Shown here: positions 35,271 through 47,290 of the stretch, piece after piece
Layout of the letters: each line of letters opens with the position of its first letter
How positions within the stretch are numbered: the first letter of the stretch is position 1
DNA from: Octopus vulgaris
Taxonomy: Eukaryota
DNA length: 64,000 nucleotides
Assembly (NCBI GenBank): GCA_951406725.2
Contig: OX597814.1
Location: 24,862,001 to 24,926,000 of the forward strand
Direction: 5' to 3'
Notes under the pieces: generated by a model
Database searches by the model: none
What the model was told of the DNA's origin: nothing
What the model saw: only the letters and a program-made list of their open reading frames with translations
Translations under genes and position numbers: made by a program

Positions 35271-36876
35271 TGAGAGAGATGTGACAAGCTTCAGTGTAAC
35301 TTACAATTTTTCTTCACAAAGTGATGATCACCCTTGGTCTAATGTAGAAGGTAATATGCAGTGAAACTGAACTAAAATCATATGGTTGTGAAGCAAACTT
35401 CTTAACCACACAGCCAAGCCTGTTATTATCATCCTCAAAAGGTTTTGATGAGGATTGTTGATGAAACCTAATTTAGCTCTGATCAAAGGTATCCCATTTA
35501 TGACCTTCCTGACTTTTGACACAGTATTTTGTGCAACATTTTCCAATGTGTCCTAAATCACTAATTATTCTTCTCAAATAAACAATACCTTTCTATTACA
35601 AATTCATAGTTTTGCACCTGCATAAAACTTTGCTATAGGTAATAGCAACAGCTTAATTTCTGTGGCTTATCGTTATTATGTTAAGCATAAATTTGGATAA
35701 TGGTATATATTCATGCCTTTGTCTGTGACATTATTTTTTTTTTAGCTAGAGCTTGCCTACTCTTATGCTTATTTCAGCTTATATAAGTAGCCAAGTACCT
35801 TCTAAAAATGTCTTATATAATATCCTTGGCCAAATTGCATCAATTTTGTAAATATGAAACAATGGCTTTGTCAGTTTAGTATTGATTTCTAACATTGGTA
35901 AAAGGTTGTGAAGTGAACTTCTTGAGCACAAATTTTAGAGAGTACAGTTGATTAAATCAACCTCTTGACAGGTGATATATTTTATAAACCCTGGAAGGAT
36001 GATAGACAAATTAGGATTCTGTGAAATTTTGACTCAGAATGTAAAGAGCTGTAACTAAATACCATAAGGCATTTTGTCCACTGCTCTAACGATTTTCCAT
36101 TTCACTATCCTTACCATTGATAAACATTAACAACTTTAAATCTGACTGGGAAGTATAATTCATATTGTGTGCCAAGAAGTCTTATGAGAAATTTCAACAT
36201 AGCAGTTACACTTTTGGCCTAATACTGGTATCAGTTTGTTAAGCCTGGAGATATTAGACAAATTAGGAGCAAAACAGCATGCATCTAAAGAGCCTATTCT
36301 CTCACCAATTAGTTTCAGACATAATCTTTGTGGCGATGTCAAATGACCCATGATTTGCATTTACTTCATTGCTTTGCAAAAACAATTATCTTTCTTAAAT
36401 CAGGCACAAAAAAAATCTATACAAATGAATAAATAAATAACCCATCTTGCCACCTTTCTTGTTGTGCTGACGCTATTTCTATTGATGATATTCTGCTCTA
36501 ATGCAGACACCATTTTGAAATGATAGTCAACACTTATGCTGCCTATCTCCATTTGATAACCTAGAGCACAAGGAAGTAATCATGAACAATTCACTAGTTC
36601 TGCTGCTTCTTCGAACATCCTCGTTGGTCATTCTGCTACAGATATAACAACAAAAATCTAACATACTTTATCAAAAATTCTTTATTGCTTTCTTTTTCAG
36701 AATAAATTTAAGCATGAGTCAATTCCAGTAGTTTTCTCTTTACGTTATATATATACAAACACACATACATACATACACAAATACAAAGAGACACACACAT
36801 ACACACAATCATACATGTGTGTGTGTGTGGGTATATATGTATAAAGGACAAAACTATTAGAATTGAGTTTCAGTTT

Positions 36877-36948
<72 letters not shown>

Positions 36949-37558
36949 TATATATGTAGGTTTGTATACACACACATGTATACGTGTGTGTGTGTGTGTA
37001 TGTGCATGATACCTTCTGAATGTCTTTTTTTCTTGTAAAACATTAATTACTCCTTTTTAACATTTTTTCTTTGTTTTCATCTTTTTTAACTACTAATCCT
37101 TAACAATATATTATACATTCGGTACTACATCCAATAATGAGGAATTTCAGTTTAATCTTTCTCACATCTTGTGTTGATGATATTTAGCTGCTTTCACAAT
37201 ACAACATGGTTCATTGGTCTTGGTGTGTGTTTCTTGCTTTTGGAGGCCTTGGGGCGTCAAACTCTGGAGGAGCATGCATGCTTTCTTTTCTATAGGTGCA
37301 TGTATGGCTGTTTAAATATGGAGTTTGCTTTGCTATCAGCAATCTCAATTTGTAATTCACACTTCAGCACCTTGGTTAAGAGTCTTCTATAGAGAAGATA
37401 TTTAGTCAAAGTACTGTACTACAGTGCTCCTCAATAACATAATTCTGGTTTCAGTCCAATGTATAATTTCTTTGGCAAATGTCTTCCAATATAGCCTTAG
37501 GTCAACCAATGTCTTGTGAGTGAATTTGTTAGGCAGAAACTGTATGAAGCCTGTCGTG

Positions 37559-37592
<34 letters not shown>

Positions 37593-37621
37593 TGCATGTA
37601 TGTAACTATATATATAAATAT

Positions 37622-37657
<36 letters not shown>

Positions 37658-37660
<3 letters not shown>

Positions 37661-37873
37661 CATCTTCCTAGCTCTCCTGTGTGACCACCCCTGTCCGGCA
37701 TTCACATGATAGCTCCTCACTAGCCACTACACATTCGGTATTTTCTCTCCTTGTTTCTTTCTGTGTTCCTTTCTGTGGAAGAGCGTAGGCTCGAAATGTT
37801 AAAGACTTTTTCACTTCCCAAGCGTTTGTCTACGCCACTTGTCTTCATCTTTTGTTTTTTTGTGAATTCTCCC
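37658..37873 (+). mobile_element. Short (TA)n-flanked element with a minimal hammerhead-like motif (Penelope pLTR-like)
   Basis: 37769-37804 reads CTTT-CTGTGGAA-GAGC-gtag-GCTC-GAAA-T-GTT-AAAG; same layout as 34943-35148. Confidence 0.55.
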
Positions 37874-38099
37874 ATATATATATATATATATATAGTAACA
37901 GAAAAGAAGGTATTTCAATTATCCCCACGTGGTGAGTTGTATTATATATATAAGAAATTAAAAAAGGAAAATACACACACTTTTCATAGTTATAATATCA
38001 TTTTTAATATATTGACTGGTTTTGTTTTCGCTATTCATGTTATTAAAGTTTCCTTATTTGGATATGTAGTTTCTTAAGAAGAAATTTTTGTTAATTTCA

Positions 38100-38166
38100 C
38101 ACACACACATATATAAATATATACATACATGCATACATACATACATACATACATACATACATACAT

Positions 38167-38199
<33 letters not shown>

Positions 38200-38280
38200 T
38201 ACATACATACATACATACATACATACATACATACATACATACATACATACATACACATATACACATATATATATATATCT
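38100..38280. repeat. (TACA)n/(CA)n microsatellite
   Basis: Directly visible. Confidence 0.95.
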
Positions 38281-40267
38281 CCATATGTAAGTGTGTGTAT
38301 ATGTGTGTGTGATGAATACTTACATTCTATGACATATATTTCTTGAACACATTGAGCTAAAAACAGAGTTGTTTGATGACATTTCTTATCAACCATACCA
38401 TTCGCAAACTCTATGCTCTCAAAGACAAAGGAAATAAAATAGAAACCGTTTGCTTGCAAGCAAGGGTTAGTGTCAGGAAGGACATCTGACTGTAAAACAG
38501 TATTTCAGCAAAATGTTTTTGTCCATCCCATACCAACATGCCAAAATGAATGAATAAACATGTACATATTGAGTTCTTTTTGTCTCGCCTACAAATATTT
38601 GTCATATAAACTATGCTGGTAAGTCTTCTGTTTTTGCCACACATGAATATCTTTAGAAGTTCATGTGTTATCTATTGTATTAATACATTACCATATTCTT
38701 TCCATGGCTCTCATTGTGAACTGTGAAGAATGAAACCTAGTTTCTAGGAACGATGGATAATTTATTTTTCTATATATCATTCTCAATATGATTATCATCA
38801 CTAACTTTTGTAATTAAATACCAGCTTCATGATCTCAAACTATATTTTCTCTTTGTGTAATATATTAATAAATGAATATAGGAATATAAATTTTATGAAT
38901 GATCCAATCTTAGGTTTATTTTCCATAGCATGACATTCATTAGTGAGAATTTTAACATAATAAACTGGAAATTCAATTAATTAAATTACCTGTAGATATA
39001 AAAATGAAAATATTATTATTGTTCAAAATCATCCTATTCCCTACAGCTCATCATGATTAATATACTGCATACATAACTTGAATAAATTTTGAAAACTATA
39101 TGAATATAGATTAAGTTTAATTACAAAATACTTGTAATTTTTGAGAGTAAAGCTATTGTAAAGAAGGTTTTGGTTGACCACACTAATTAAACAAACAACC
39201 TTCCGCTACTAAGATAGTCTGGATTGTCTTTTCCTGTCTTCTTTTCTGGAATATATTTTCTCATAATACAATCCTTAAATTAATTTTTGCTCCTCACTAA
39301 CATCACCTTCCTATTGAACTTTATTATTGATTATTGATCAACATTTAATGAAATCTAAAAGCGATATATTTCTTATAAATAAATTATTTTGTTATATATT
39401 TTTAAATATTTTTAAATATTCATTACATGAAATCTAATATTTCATTTGTTGCACCACTTAGTTTTCACTCACTCCAACCATTTAGCGTTATTCAATTAAA
39501 AATTATTTTAATTCAGAAAAAGATTAATTTGGTTTTGAATCAATATTATAAAAAATTAATGAATAGAAAAACTCATTATTTTTCTTTCCAAGTGAAGCAT
39601 TATTAAATTTTAATGATTTCTTTTTCAACTTCAACATTAGGGTAATAAATAATAAATAAATAATAAATAAGACTGAAGCAATAAAACATAAACATGTTCA
39701 CTATGTTTACCAGTCACTGAAAGAAAACAGTTTTTGGTAAATAATTGTCTCTGTTTTTAAGCTAAAATATTAAACTTCATTTGACTGGACATAAAGCAAA
39801 CTTTTGTCGGGGAGAAGACATAGAGAAAGCAAAAGCTCCAAAATTAGCTGTAATTAATTTATTGTAAGTTGTTTAGTAAATGTCTCTTGAGCCTTGATTA
39901 TCTCTTGGTTTTTATTAGTTGTGTCCTGGTATGAAATGGACAGGAAATAAATCTTCCAATTCAAGCAACATACTGGTGTTGACTTCCAACAGCTTGCTTG
40001 TGTTATTGAAAATTAAATGGACTCCCAAAATAATCAATGATGCATCAAAAGTTTTGAAGTTTTTGCCTGATATCATATCCCTGGCTACTTCACATCTTAT
40101 CATAACTTAGGGCTATCTCAATGGCATTAGAGGCCTCAGCTAAAACAATGCATTAGAGCCTATAGTATTTATTTGCTAACAGCAAGTCGTAACATATATA
40201 GGTTAGCATAGGATTCCTAGAGCAGTGAGGCCTTTGAGCACTCTAGGCAGATTGCTATCAATTAAAC

Positions 40268-40497
40268 ATAACGTTTTCTTAATCATATTCCCGTTAAAAT
40301 ACACTGTCCTTGCTTTGGTCAATTTTGAAAATAATGAAGAATTTAGTTAGATAACCTTGTCATTATTAATCTAGCATTTGAAATATGAATTAACATGAAC
40401 TTTTGAGGGAAGATTTTAATTTAGATCACTTTAAAACAGGAAGTTTGTATCATAGAACCAATGATGTTCCCATGTGAGTTAGTATCAAAAGACTTAA
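40268..40497 (-). mobile_element. Degraded TTAA-type MITE related to 59916-60135
   Basis: AAGAATTTAGT..ATAAC and GGAAGATTTTAATT are reverse complements of blocks in 59916-60135; similar length; ends in TTAA. Confidence 0.55.
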
Positions 40498-40823
40498 AAC
40501 ACCATTGCATTGACTCCCAAAGGGATGAAATGCAAAGTGGACAGAAGCAACCATCCATGCCTTACACTCGCCCAAGCATTTAACAACTTAAAGTACTGAA
40601 TCAATATTTGAATCTGATTTTCCATTTTACTATTCATTGTTAGTAAAGCAATTACCCTGCATACTGTTTCTAGCATTTTCACCAGTTTTGCTACTTAAAC
40701 TATTGAATCAAAATTTGATTCAGTTTACAATTTGTTGTCAGGAAGAAGTAGTTATATTTGTTAAGAGATAAATTATTAATATGGGTGATTGAGTAACAAG
40801 CCATTATAATTATTATTATTATT

Positions 40824-41380
40824 GAGTGAAAGAGTAGTGAATGCCATCAAAGTGACACTGGGATAAAATATATGAAGCCTAGTATAACTAAGATGACTAC
40901 CCATCAAGATAAGGGTACACCTGGCACATGCATCATACTATATGTGCACAACATGGTGATCTCATATCAAGATACACAGCACATGACCTTGCAGGTGGAA
41001 TCCAGTTAGAATTTTCTTCAGTTTGAGTAGACCATCCCACTCAAAAGATCCTAAATAAGGATAGGATTGTTTAAGGATGTTGAACAAAACACCCATGTTT
41101 CCAGAGGTGTATTATTAAAACTCCAATGAATTCCTCTCAACACATGGCTGTGATGCTGCCTCACTACTTCTGCTTGTGATCTGAGATGCACATATCGTCA
41201 ACCACCAAGGGACATGCTCAACTGGTCAAAGTCAAACAACTGACAAGCAAATCTGTGATATTGAGCACAATATTTGCTGTAGCCCATCCTTTATACCAAA
41301 ACAAAACATGTATGCGTTAACGCTTCCAATTGGTTATGATCAGAAGCCATAAGAGCCAGTGCCTGGTACTGCATCAGAGC
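40824..41380 (-). mobile_element. Unclassified ~560-bp retroposon-like insert in a (TTA)n tract
   Basis: A GC-richer block sharply bounded by ATT repeats on both sides; no ORF, no TIR. Orientation is inferred from the cleaner (TAA)n tail. Confidence 0.45.
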
Positions 41381-42999
41381 ATTATTACTATTATTGTTGT
41401 TGTTGTTGTTGTTGTTATTTTTGCTAAGATTCTTTGAATATTTTATCATAAATTTAACTTATGTTTAAAAATAATTGTATGCACCTAATTTATTCTTACT
41501 ATAAGATTATCTAATCCCAGATCGGTTCTGACTGAGTGGACATATATTTAATAAAATGTAGTTTGTTAGGTGCATATACATCTGTACATTCATATGTATG
41601 ACTATATCTCTCTCTTTAGAGAAAGAGTGATGCATGGACATGCATCTATGTGTTTGTGTAACCAGTATATTTAGTCAAGTATATAATTAGTGGATAAAAT
41701 TACTAATGGATTTGATACATTCACTGTTTACCAATCTATAACCTTCCTTTGACTGACTAGCATGAAACATAAAGCTGGTCTACTGACACTTACCAACCTC
41801 TAGCTCACAGACTTCTGTCTTCTCTCTTAGTCTCTTTCTACTGATACCACAGTGGCTTTGGCTCCTCAACTCTGGCTGGTGTTGTGCCACATCTAATCAA
41901 GCATTTCTCTCTTGGTTACCTCTCAGCATATCATCCTTCTTGTGTCTCACTCTCTAGGCCCCTCCCTCAGTCTTTGTCTGCACATTTTGCCTGCAGCTGT
42001 TGACTTGTAACTTTTCGAAAAGAATGTTAATGGCATAAAACTCTCTTGTCTCAGAGGACATGCAAAAATTTTGAGCAGGACCTCTGCTTCCAGACAAGAT
42101 CACCAAAGAAGTAAGCATGTCTTCTGTTTTGTATACCAACTCATGTAAACATATGTATCTTGGCCTCTTGTTTTTTCTCTTCTATATTTTAGATGTATGT
42201 ACATGTATATGTTCGTGTATCTTATGTGTGAACAAGTTGACTGCATACAGAAAAAAAAACAAATATTTATTCATATATTTAATTGGCAAATATTCTGGCT
42301 GTAAACAGATGCAACTGTCTGGGATGTTAAGTTAATCTGCAAAACATTTAAAGCCGTAAATACCATAACCTTCCTCTCTGATTACATTTTCTGAAACCGT
42401 TTCGGGGGATTTTTGTCATTTCAATTAAAAAAAAAACAAAAGGTTCAATTTATTTTTAAATTGAAGAAAATTAAATTGCATCACTTTTCCAAATCACTTT
42501 TCCAAATCTCTCTCTCTATCTCCCCTTTCTCTCTCTCCCCTGCTCTCTTTCTCTCTCTCAAACACATGTATACACACAAATTTAACAGCTCAAAGAACCA
42601 CAATGGAAGATTTTTATAATGTAAAATAAATAGAATAGTGCATAAGTGTTTCAATGTATACAATGATTCTATGATTTAGTCTAAGGAGATGATCTCAAAT
42701 CACATCACTTACCAGTCGAGTATAACTCATGAAATTTGGACAGTATTTATCTTTTATTGTCCAAAATGGCAACTCAGGCAATTGGGCGCTCTCAATCTTA
42801 GTCTTTGCTTCATCCAGGTCTGTAATCCATGATGCTGAATCAACACTTTGAACTTGGCTTTCCCTGTGTTGAGCTGCAAGATCCCTGACATATCTTCTTT
42901 GATGTAAATTCTTAGCACCAGCTTATATTTATTTAGGACGTTCTTGATGATTACTTTGATTTTCAAGATGCCCTACTATCATTGTTGTCTGCGTATGTT

Positions 43000-43348
43000 A
43001 AAACAGAGCGTGATCGTTGTCAGAGCGGCTAACTGGCATTTGTGCCGGTGGCACATAAAAAGCACTATTCGAGCGTGATCGTTACCAGCGTCGCCTTACT
43101 GACACTTGTGCCAGTGTGTATGTGACATGTAAAAAAACACGATTTTTTTCGTAGCCGTCGCCAGTACCCCCTTGGTGGCCCTAGTGCCGGTGGCATGTAA
43201 AAGCACTCTTGAAGTGGTTGGCGTTAAGAAAGGCATCCAGCTGTAGAAATTCTACCAGATCAAGACTGGAGCCTGGTGCAGCCATCTGGTTTGCCAGTCC
43301 TCAGTCAAATCGTCCAACCTATGCTAGCATGGAAAGCGGACGTTAAAC
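43000..43348 (+). mobile_element. RTE 3'UTR fragment
   Basis: GGTGGCAC(A/G)TAAAAGCAC-type units followed by the terminal 3'UTR and GGACGTTAAACGATGAT... Confidence 0.88.
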
Positions 43349-44264
43349 GATGATAATGATGATGATGAGATCCCTGCATTTCAATTCAAGTGGGATAACA
43401 TTTCAAACCTTATGAAAATAATAATAATGATAGACCTACATACTTTCTTAGCTTATTCCCTTGAGAAGTGCATTTGTTGTTTCTTAGAAGAATTAGAGCT
43501 TGTTCTGCATCACCTGTTTTTAGTAGTTTTGAGTTGTGTCATTTTTGTGGCTTTTTTAAAAACTTTTTCCTGTTGAGTTTATCTTTGACCATCAATACCT
43601 ATGGTAACACTGCCAAGCCAAGAATCCCTGGAAATTGTCCATAGTAGTCTCCAGTCTGAAAGTCCTCCAAAATAGAGCAGTAAGATCGTTCTCATCAATG
43701 CCTAGAGATTCACTGAGATTCATTGCTCTTATTCATCACTAAACTCTCTATATATTGTCACAGTAGAACTTCCACCAGCCACATTATTCAACAAGTAGAG
43801 AGTACCAAAGGCAAGAGACCTGATCTTGTTCATATTTTGATCTTGGACTGTGGCTCTATCAAAGATATGAGCTGCAGAAAAAAACGTCTTTTACAAATGG
43901 AGAACACATTTGTTCACTAACCAGGAAATTCTACAGGTGGCACAGAATCATCAGGTGTTTGTGCCTCAAACAACTATAGCATGCTGATCCTGCCTTCTAG
44001 ACCCAAAGAGATGAAAGGTAAAACTGATGCTGGTGAGATTTGAACTCAGAACATAAAGAAATGTCACTAAGCATTTTGTCTGATGTATTAACGATTCAAT
44101 CAACATGCTGCCTTAATAATAATAATGGTTTCAGCTTTTGCCACAAGGGCAGCTATTTTTGGCTAAGGGATGTGTCGATTGTATCGACCCCAGTATTCAA
44201 CTGGTTCTTAATTTATTGACCCCAAAAGGCTGAAAGGCATCGTCGACCTCAGTGGAATTTATTG

Positions 44265-44277
44265 ATAACAATAATAG

Positions 44278-44340
<63 letters not shown>

Positions 44341-44375
44341 CATAATTTTAATAAAATTAATAATAACAATAATTT

Positions 44376-44424
<49 letters not shown>

Positions 44425-44440
44425 TAATAATAATTACAAT
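44265..44440. repeat. (AAT)n microsatellite
   Basis: Directly visible. Partial type A SINEs lie at ~43985-44260 (minus). Confidence 0.95.
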
Positions 44441-45021
44441 GATGATGACAACAACTTTGATCAATATGATGATGAGGAGGATAATATTGATCTATTGGGA
44501 AGATCAAGGTCTGTAAAAAAAGACCCTCATTATCAAAGAAACTGGTTGTGACCTGGTATCAAAGACATTAATTCTAAATGCAAAACATTCATGCACATCA
44601 TGAATAATAATGGTAAAAGAGGTAAAAAAAAAGACACTGAATTTCTAAAAATATTTTTTACTGATAAAATATTTTGTGAATACTCCCCCAAATAATAAGC
44701 ATTTGAAATATCAAAACAAGGGAAAAGAAATGAAAGTAATATGTAGGCAAATTTTTTCATAGGGCATCGAAAGAGGGTATTTAGGAAATGGACATTTAAA
44801 TAGATATTCTATACCTATGAGGACACTGATAAATTGTTTCTAACAGAGATAATGACACACAATACGTACATTAAACCCTAAGAAATGCTTATCTCCCTAT
44901 ATATCAGTGTTGGGAAGTTGACAGGCATGTACTTCGATTTAGGAATATTTCACTTTTACGTTTACTTACATCTTTTATGTACAAAGGATCTGTATGTGCA
45001 TTATACATATATGTGTGTATG

Positions 45022-45053
<32 letters not shown>

Positions 45054-45056
45054 TAC

Positions 45057-45102
<46 letters not shown>

Positions 45103-45738
45103 ATCATCATCATCATCATATATATATATATGTATGTATGTATATGTATATATGTTTATGTAGGCATATATTTATAACGCTATCCTCTTCATTGTTTTTT
45201 ACATCACCTTTCCATGTTGGGGTGAGAAGTTGTAACCAGATGATATTTGTTTCCAAGTAAAGTAATATATTCCACACAGCAAAACCATAAACTGCTGGAC
45301 ATATAACTTAATTGGGGGCATAAAAAACACAACACTGCAAGTCACTACTCAAAAGCAACAGTTTAAAGATACCAAGGGACAAACACCAGCAAACAAATGC
45401 AAGCACACACATATATCCTTCTTTGAGTATGTAGAAATTAAATTCCTTTTATTGTGTCTCCGGTCATCTAATGGAGCTGGTATAGAAAGTGCCCAGCTAA
45501 AACATTTCAACAATTGCTTAAAGTGTCCGGGAACCCATAATATATGTTTGTGTTATTTTGTACGTTGAAATGATTAAAATTGATAATTTAAAGCAATTCT
45601 GATCATATACTCATTAATAAGTGAGATATTCACACATACATACATACATACATACATACATACATACATACATACATACATACATACATACATACATACA
45701 TACATACATACATACATACATACATACATACATACATG

Positions 45739-46292
45739 TATGGTGGCTGCCCCCTCGTTATCGAGTATGGCCATTGCACGAAGCTTAATCAATGTTGTTA
45801 TCATGCAATGCCTGTGCAAGAAGATTTTTTTTAAAGTGGGGAAAGGCTGTGCACTGAGTCAATCCCACTCATTAAGCAACAGCAGTCATAATCCGAAAAG
45901 AAGAACAAGTCAACATCATCGGTAACCACTGAGCCGCAGGTTTTATGTTGGAGTTATCCCAGTTACCTGAGTTACCTTCTCCTAGAAGGATGCCCTAACA
46001 AAGGCAGGAAGTCCTTCACTCCCAATGGTTTAATCGCACGATCGGGTATTCAGACCGATTATTTCTATGTCTCCGCGCATGATACAGCCTTAAGACATTT
46101 AGTGGATGACCGTTGACTCTCAAGAGTTCCTCCGCCCTTTGACGGGTTTTGTTTGTCATCCCGCAGGGTGTCCAATAAACACCCTCCTCACCAAGCAAGC
46201 TTGGTGGGGTTGCCGGTTTAGTCGCCGACGACCCAACCATGCAACAGGTTGTACTAGGTTACATGTTACCAGTAGCACTCGAAAGTGACCTG
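45739..46292 (-). mobile_element. Non-autonomous RTE-derived (5'UTR + 3' end) element in a (TACA)n tract
   Basis: Minus strand has GGGCATCCTTCTAGGAGAAGGTAACTC and CCTTTCCCCACTTTAAAAA..TGCACAGGC (RTE 5'UTR-type motifs from memory of the family) and a terminal stem-loop CTCG-ataa-CGAG before an (ATGT)n tail. CpGs are retained. Confidence 0.65.
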
Positions 46293-46339
46293 ACATACAT
46301 ACATACATACATACATACATACATACATACATACATACA

Positions 46340-46371
<32 letters not shown>

Positions 46372-46725
46372 AGAAGGTTAGTTGGAAGGCCACTCTTGCA
46401 CTTCAAAGACAAAATAAAAGACTATCTGAAGTGACGCAACATTCCCTTTGCTTCCTGGGAGAACAAAGCATCAGAATGCAGGACCTGGCACCAGTCCTGC
46501 TTCTCCTCAGTTCAAAGATTTGAGCGAAGTTGACACCAACTTCGAGCAAGCATGAAGGCATGCTGGCAAAACACTTCTCCTCTAAATGTGGTTTTGTGCC
46601 ACAAAGCAAAGCAGGCCTTGCCATCCACTCAAGAAATCACACAATGAATGATCTAGAAGCACTCGAGCAAACTAAGTCCTCAACTTGTTCCATTTGCCAA
46701 AAGGTTTGCAAGGCACATTCATGTT
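46372..46725 (+). mobile_element. Decayed C-terminus of an RTE-BovB-like ORF with zinc-finger remnants
   Basis: RRLVGRPLLHFKDKIKDYLK*RNIPFASWENKASECRTWHQ..VQRFE, then CGF...KAGLAIHSRNH and CSICQKVC. Confidence 0.78.
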
Positions 46726-46807
46726 CCGGCACATTCAGGCCTGGCAAGACATATTCATGTCTATAGAACATGATTAACACTTCATTTTATTGAACCCTCA
46801 TTTGTCA

Positions 46808-46955
46808 TTCAAAATAATGGAGACACCTTAAAATTTCAAACAAATCTATTTTAATATGCGGTAGGACTACCTTTGGCAGTAATTACAGCTTGAATTCAAT
46901 GAGGTATGGACTCATACAAAGTTTGAATTGTTTCCAAAGGAATTTTTGTCCAGTC
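46808..46955 (-). mobile_element. Tc1-like transposon 3' fragment
   Basis: Minus strand encodes WTKIPLETIQTLYESIPH*IQAVITAKGSPTAY*, the typical Tc1 transposase C-terminus, followed by TIR-like GGTGTCTCCATTATTTTG. Confidence 0.82.
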
Positions 46956-47007
46956 CTTTGTGTATGTATATATATACATACACACACACACACACACACA
47001 CATGATA

Positions 47008-47232
47008 TGTGTGTGTGTTTTTGTGTCTACATTTGTTCCCCTATCACTGCTTGTCAATCAATGTTGTTGTGTTTACAACCCTGTAACTTAGTGATTCGGC
47101 AAAAGAGACTAATAAAATAAGTACAAGGCTTAAGAAATAAGTTCTGGGGTCAATTTGTTCAACTAAAACCCTTCAAGGCAGTGCTGTAGCATACCTGCAG
47201 TCAGATAACTGACACAAATAAAGGAATAAAAG
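47008..47232 (+). mobile_element. SINE type B, 3' half
   Basis: GTAACTTAGTGATTCGGCAAAAGAGACTAATAAAATAAGTAC matches ~11218-11262. Confidence 0.78.
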
Positions 47233-47259
47233 ATTGCACATACACACACACATTGCATA

Positions 47260-47290
<31 letters not shown>

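Noticed and set aside
39915-40110. Overlapping opposite-strand ORFs (also 56553-56759 and 17315-17509)
   Set aside because: Only ~60-68 aa, no recognisable domain and no convincing splice boundaries.
46150-46292. HDV-like ribozyme at the 5' end of the RTE-derived element
   Set aside because: Known from some RTEs, but I could not assign P1-P4 pairings by eye; needs a motif search.
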